64,000 bases of DNA from Actinomycetota bacterium (GTDB lineage Bacteria; Actinomycetota; Actinomycetes; Nanopelagicales; Nanopelagicaceae). The DNA lies in contig WLIT01000002.1 in the NCBI GenBank assembly GCA_009726125.1, positions 54,558-118,557 on the forward strand, in the 5' to 3' direction. Position numbers and translations under genes: made by a program. Below, one piece after another: positions 62,041 to 64,000 of the stretch. The notes below the pieces were generated by a model. That model was not told where the DNA came from, did no database searches, and saw only the letters and a program-made list of their open reading frames with translations. Numbering within the stretch: position 1 is the stretch's first letter; each line of letters begins with the position of its first letter.

Positions 62041-63336
62041 TCATCCCTCTATTTTCTCAATTATAAGAGGTAGGCGTTTGGCAATCGAACCATCTTGGCT
62101 AATTGTAAAAGATCCATCCAGCGCACGTAGGGCGCGTTCAAAGCGCGCAGGTTCATCTGCGTGCAAGGTATAAATAACATCGCCCTTCTTGATTATCGCT
62201 CCAGGTTTTGCATGAATCTCTATTCCTGCGCCCGGCGAAACTTTCTCGCCTTGCTTTGACCGGCCAGCACCCAAACGCCAAGCCGCAATTCCAACGCCCA
62301 TTGCATCCATTGAAGAAAGAGTGCCATCCGAAGTTGCTGTAACTTCAGTTCTCTCTTTCGCTATTGGTAGCTTTGCGTCAGGATCTCCGCCTTGTGCGCG
62401 AATCATTGCCTTCCAACTATCCATCGCCGCACCGTTTTTTAGTGCATCTGCTGGATCCATCAATTGTTTTATTCCTGCAGCATCTAACATTTCACGGGCA
62501 AGAACCAGAGTAAGTTCAACGACATCACTTGGTCCACCGCCAGCTAAAACTTCAACTGATTCCCGAACTTCAAGGGCATTGCCCGCTGTTAAACCAAGTG
62601 GAACATCCATAGCAGTTACTAACGCTCTAGTTTTTACACCAGCACGCTTTCCAAGTTCAACCATGACTCTTGCAAGTTCGCCCGCTTTTTTGGGATCAGT
62701 CATAAATGCACCAGAACCTGTTTTAACATCCAATACCAGCGCGCTAGTACCTTCAGCAATTTTCTTACTCATGATGCTTGAGGCAATTAAAGGAATTGCT
62801 TGAACTGTTCCAGTTACATCGCGAAGTGCATAAAGTTTCTTATCAGCAGGAGCAAGGCCAGCGCCGGCCGCACAAATTACTGCGCCACAACTCTTAATAA
62901 CTTCTAGCATTTGTGAATTTGTGAGTGAAGCTCGCCAACCCGGTATTGATTCCAATTTATCTAGCGTTCCACCCGTATGCCCGAGGCCTCGACCAGAAAG
63001 CTGTGGAACTGCGCCACCGCAAGCAGCGACTAGAGGTGCAAGTGGCAATGTTATTTTGTCACCAACTCCACCTGTTGAATGCTTATCTACAGTTTTACGA
63101 TCAAGCATCGACCATTCCATGCGCTCACCACTGTTGATCATGGCATCGGTCCAGCGTGATATTTCTCGAGAGTTCATACCATTTAGCAGAATTGCCATCA
63201 GCAAAGAGGACATCTGTTCATCGGCAACTATGCCCTTGGTGTAAGCGTCGATGATCCAATCAATTTGCGGATCTGAAAGTTCGTTTCTATCTCGTTTTGC
63301 GCCAATTATTTCAACGGCATCGAAAACTTCACTCAT
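62041..63336 (-). CDS. deoA: Thymidine (pyrimidine-nucleoside) phosphorylase
   Basis: 431 aa with [11 protein letters not shown] and [15 protein letters not shown]. Confidence 0.95.
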   Translation of the reverse strand: MSEVFDAVEIIGAKRDRNELSDPQIDWIIDAYTKGIVADEQMSSLLMAILLNGMNSREISRWTDAMINSGERMEWSMLDRKTVDKHSTGGVGDKITLPLAPLVAACGGAVPQLSGRGLGHTGGTLDKLESIPGWRASLTNSQMLEVIKSCGAVICAAGAGLAPADKKLYALRDVTGTVQAIPLIASSIMSKKIAEGTSALVLDVKTGSGAFMTDPKKAGELARVMVELGKRAGVKTRALVTAMDVPLGLTAGNALEVRESVEVLAGGGPSDVVELTLVLAREMLDAAGIKQLMDPADALKNGAAMDSWKAMIRAQGGDPDAKLPIAKERTEVTATSDGTLSSMDAMGVGIAAWRLGAGRSKQGEKVSPGAGIEIHAKPGAIIKKGDVIYTLHADEPARFERALRALDGSFTISQDGSIAKRLPLIIEKIEG

Positions 63337-63722
63337 TTCAATAAATCATCCGGACCAAATGCCCAAGGCAGAAGCGTGGACATTAGAGCTGGACCATCAG
63401 GCGTCATAAATAATAAATCGCTGCCACCATGTTCAAAAAGCAATTGGCGACAACGGCCGCAAGGCGAGAGAAAGTTCCCATCCGCATCAACGCAGACCGC
63501 AGCAACTAACCTACCTCCGCCACTAGCGATTAAATTCGAAACCAAACCGCATTCGGCGCATAGCCCAAGGCCATAACTCGCATTTTCAACGTTGCAACCA
63601 GAAATAATTCGACCATCACTTACCAGGGCAGCAACGCCTACTGGAAATTTTGAGTAAGGGGCATAAGCCTTTTTCATTATATTTTTTGCTTCTAAATGCA
63701 GTTGATCCCAATTAATCTCCAT
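63333..63722 (-). CDS. cdd: Cytidine deaminase
   Basis: 129 aa with the zinc motifs CAE and PCGRCRQ. Confidence 0.95.
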   Translation of the reverse strand: MEINWDQLHLEAKNIMKKAYAPYSKFPVGVAALVSDGRIISGCNVENASYGLGLCAECGLVSNLIASGGGRLVAAVCVDADGNFLSPCGRCRQLLFEHGGSDLLFMTPDGPALMSTLLPWAFGPDDLLK

Positions 63723-63724
63723 TT

Positions 63725-64000
63725 TTAATGTGCTCCCCCGCGAAGATAAGGAACGCCATCGGCCGCGGGCGCTCTTACTCGACCGACCAATCCAGTAACA
63801 GCAATAATCGTGGCGATATATGGAACCATCAACATGAATTCAGATGGAATCGAAACTCCGATGATTGTTAAGGTGCTTTGTAAGTTATCTGCAAAGCCAA
63901 AGAGTAGAGCGGCAAACACTGCACCAATTGGACTCCACTTTCCGAAAATTAAAGCCGCGAGAGCAATAAAGCCCGCGCCGGCGGTCATCTCTTTTCCAAA
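63725..64000 (-). CDS. ABC transporter permease, C-terminal part (probably nucleoside/simple-sugar uptake; 5' part lies outside the window)
   Basis: The frame is open to the window edge. The hydrophobic C-terminus reads AGFIALAALIFGKWSPIGAVFAALLFGFADNLQ..., typical of BMP-family (NupQ/YufQ-like) permeases. It lies upstream of cdd-deoA-add. Confidence 0.72.
   Translation of the reverse strand, partial: FGKEMTAGAGFIALAALIFGKWSPIGAVFAALLFGFADNLQSTLTIIGVSIPSEFMLMVPYIATIIAVTGLVGRVRAPAADGVPYLRGGAH

Noticed and set aside
1-64000. A window-wide look for CRISPR arrays, IS elements or transposases, integrases, toxin-antitoxin pairs and known defence-system genes.
   Set aside because: No intergenic space exceeds ~170 nt. 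I noticed no spaced direct repeats, and every substantial ORF has a housekeeping or metabolic assignment. A computational repeat search would be needed to exclude short dispersed repeats.

Overview
This is a very densely packed chromosomal segment; my gene calls leave only about 1.4 kb of the 64 kb unassigned. Spot counts on a few 60-nt lines give roughly 48% GC, which is low for an actinobacterium. Gene content and order match the conserved actinobacterial core. From 1 to ~48.7 kb almost everything is on the minus strand: coaBC-rpoZ-(mIHF/gmk)-pyrF-pyrD-pyrK-carB-carA-pyrC-pyrB-pyrR, divergent bldD, nusB-efp-aroQ-aroB-aroK-aroC-(A24 peptidase-like)-aroE-mltG-ruvX-alaS, DUF948/FtsH-like/lipoprotein, aspS-hisS-MBL hydrolase, DUF349, relA-secF-secD-ruvB-ruvA-ruvC-yebC-pdxT-pdxS, DUF3048, and pimA-acyltransferase-pgsA-HIT-thrS-pabBC. 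A tRNA-Gly/Cys/Val cluster follows. After it comes a mixed-orientation, accessory-looking region holding a cupin, tryptophanase, TetR, a hydrolase, GNATs, LysE, mmsA, an omega-transaminase and a DDAH-superfamily enzyme. The window ends with a nucleoside salvage/catabolism cluster (tdk, PNP, phosphomutase, add, deoA, cdd, ABC permease). The compaction, frequent start/stop overlaps and low GC fit a streamlined freshwater actinobacterium (acI/Nanopelagicales-like), but that is inference only. I found no rRNA, CRISPR, transposase, integrase or prophage genes. The items most worth a second look are listed below.
- A lipoprotein / divergent 4-TM FtsH paralog / DUF948 module.
- A P-loop-less EF-G-like G-domain relic between pgsA and the HIT gene.
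- An in-frame mIHF-Gmk fusion.
- A BldD homolog that keeps the c-di-GMP-binding signature.
- A tryptophanase-plus-cupin insertion splitting the tRNA cluster.
- An unassigned guanidino/omega-amino-acid catabolic gene set.
Base-level coordinates taken from my own reading of the sequence (tRNAs, motifs) may be off by 1 nt. CDS ends come from the supplied ORF track, and trimmed starts were computed by codon arithmetic from it.
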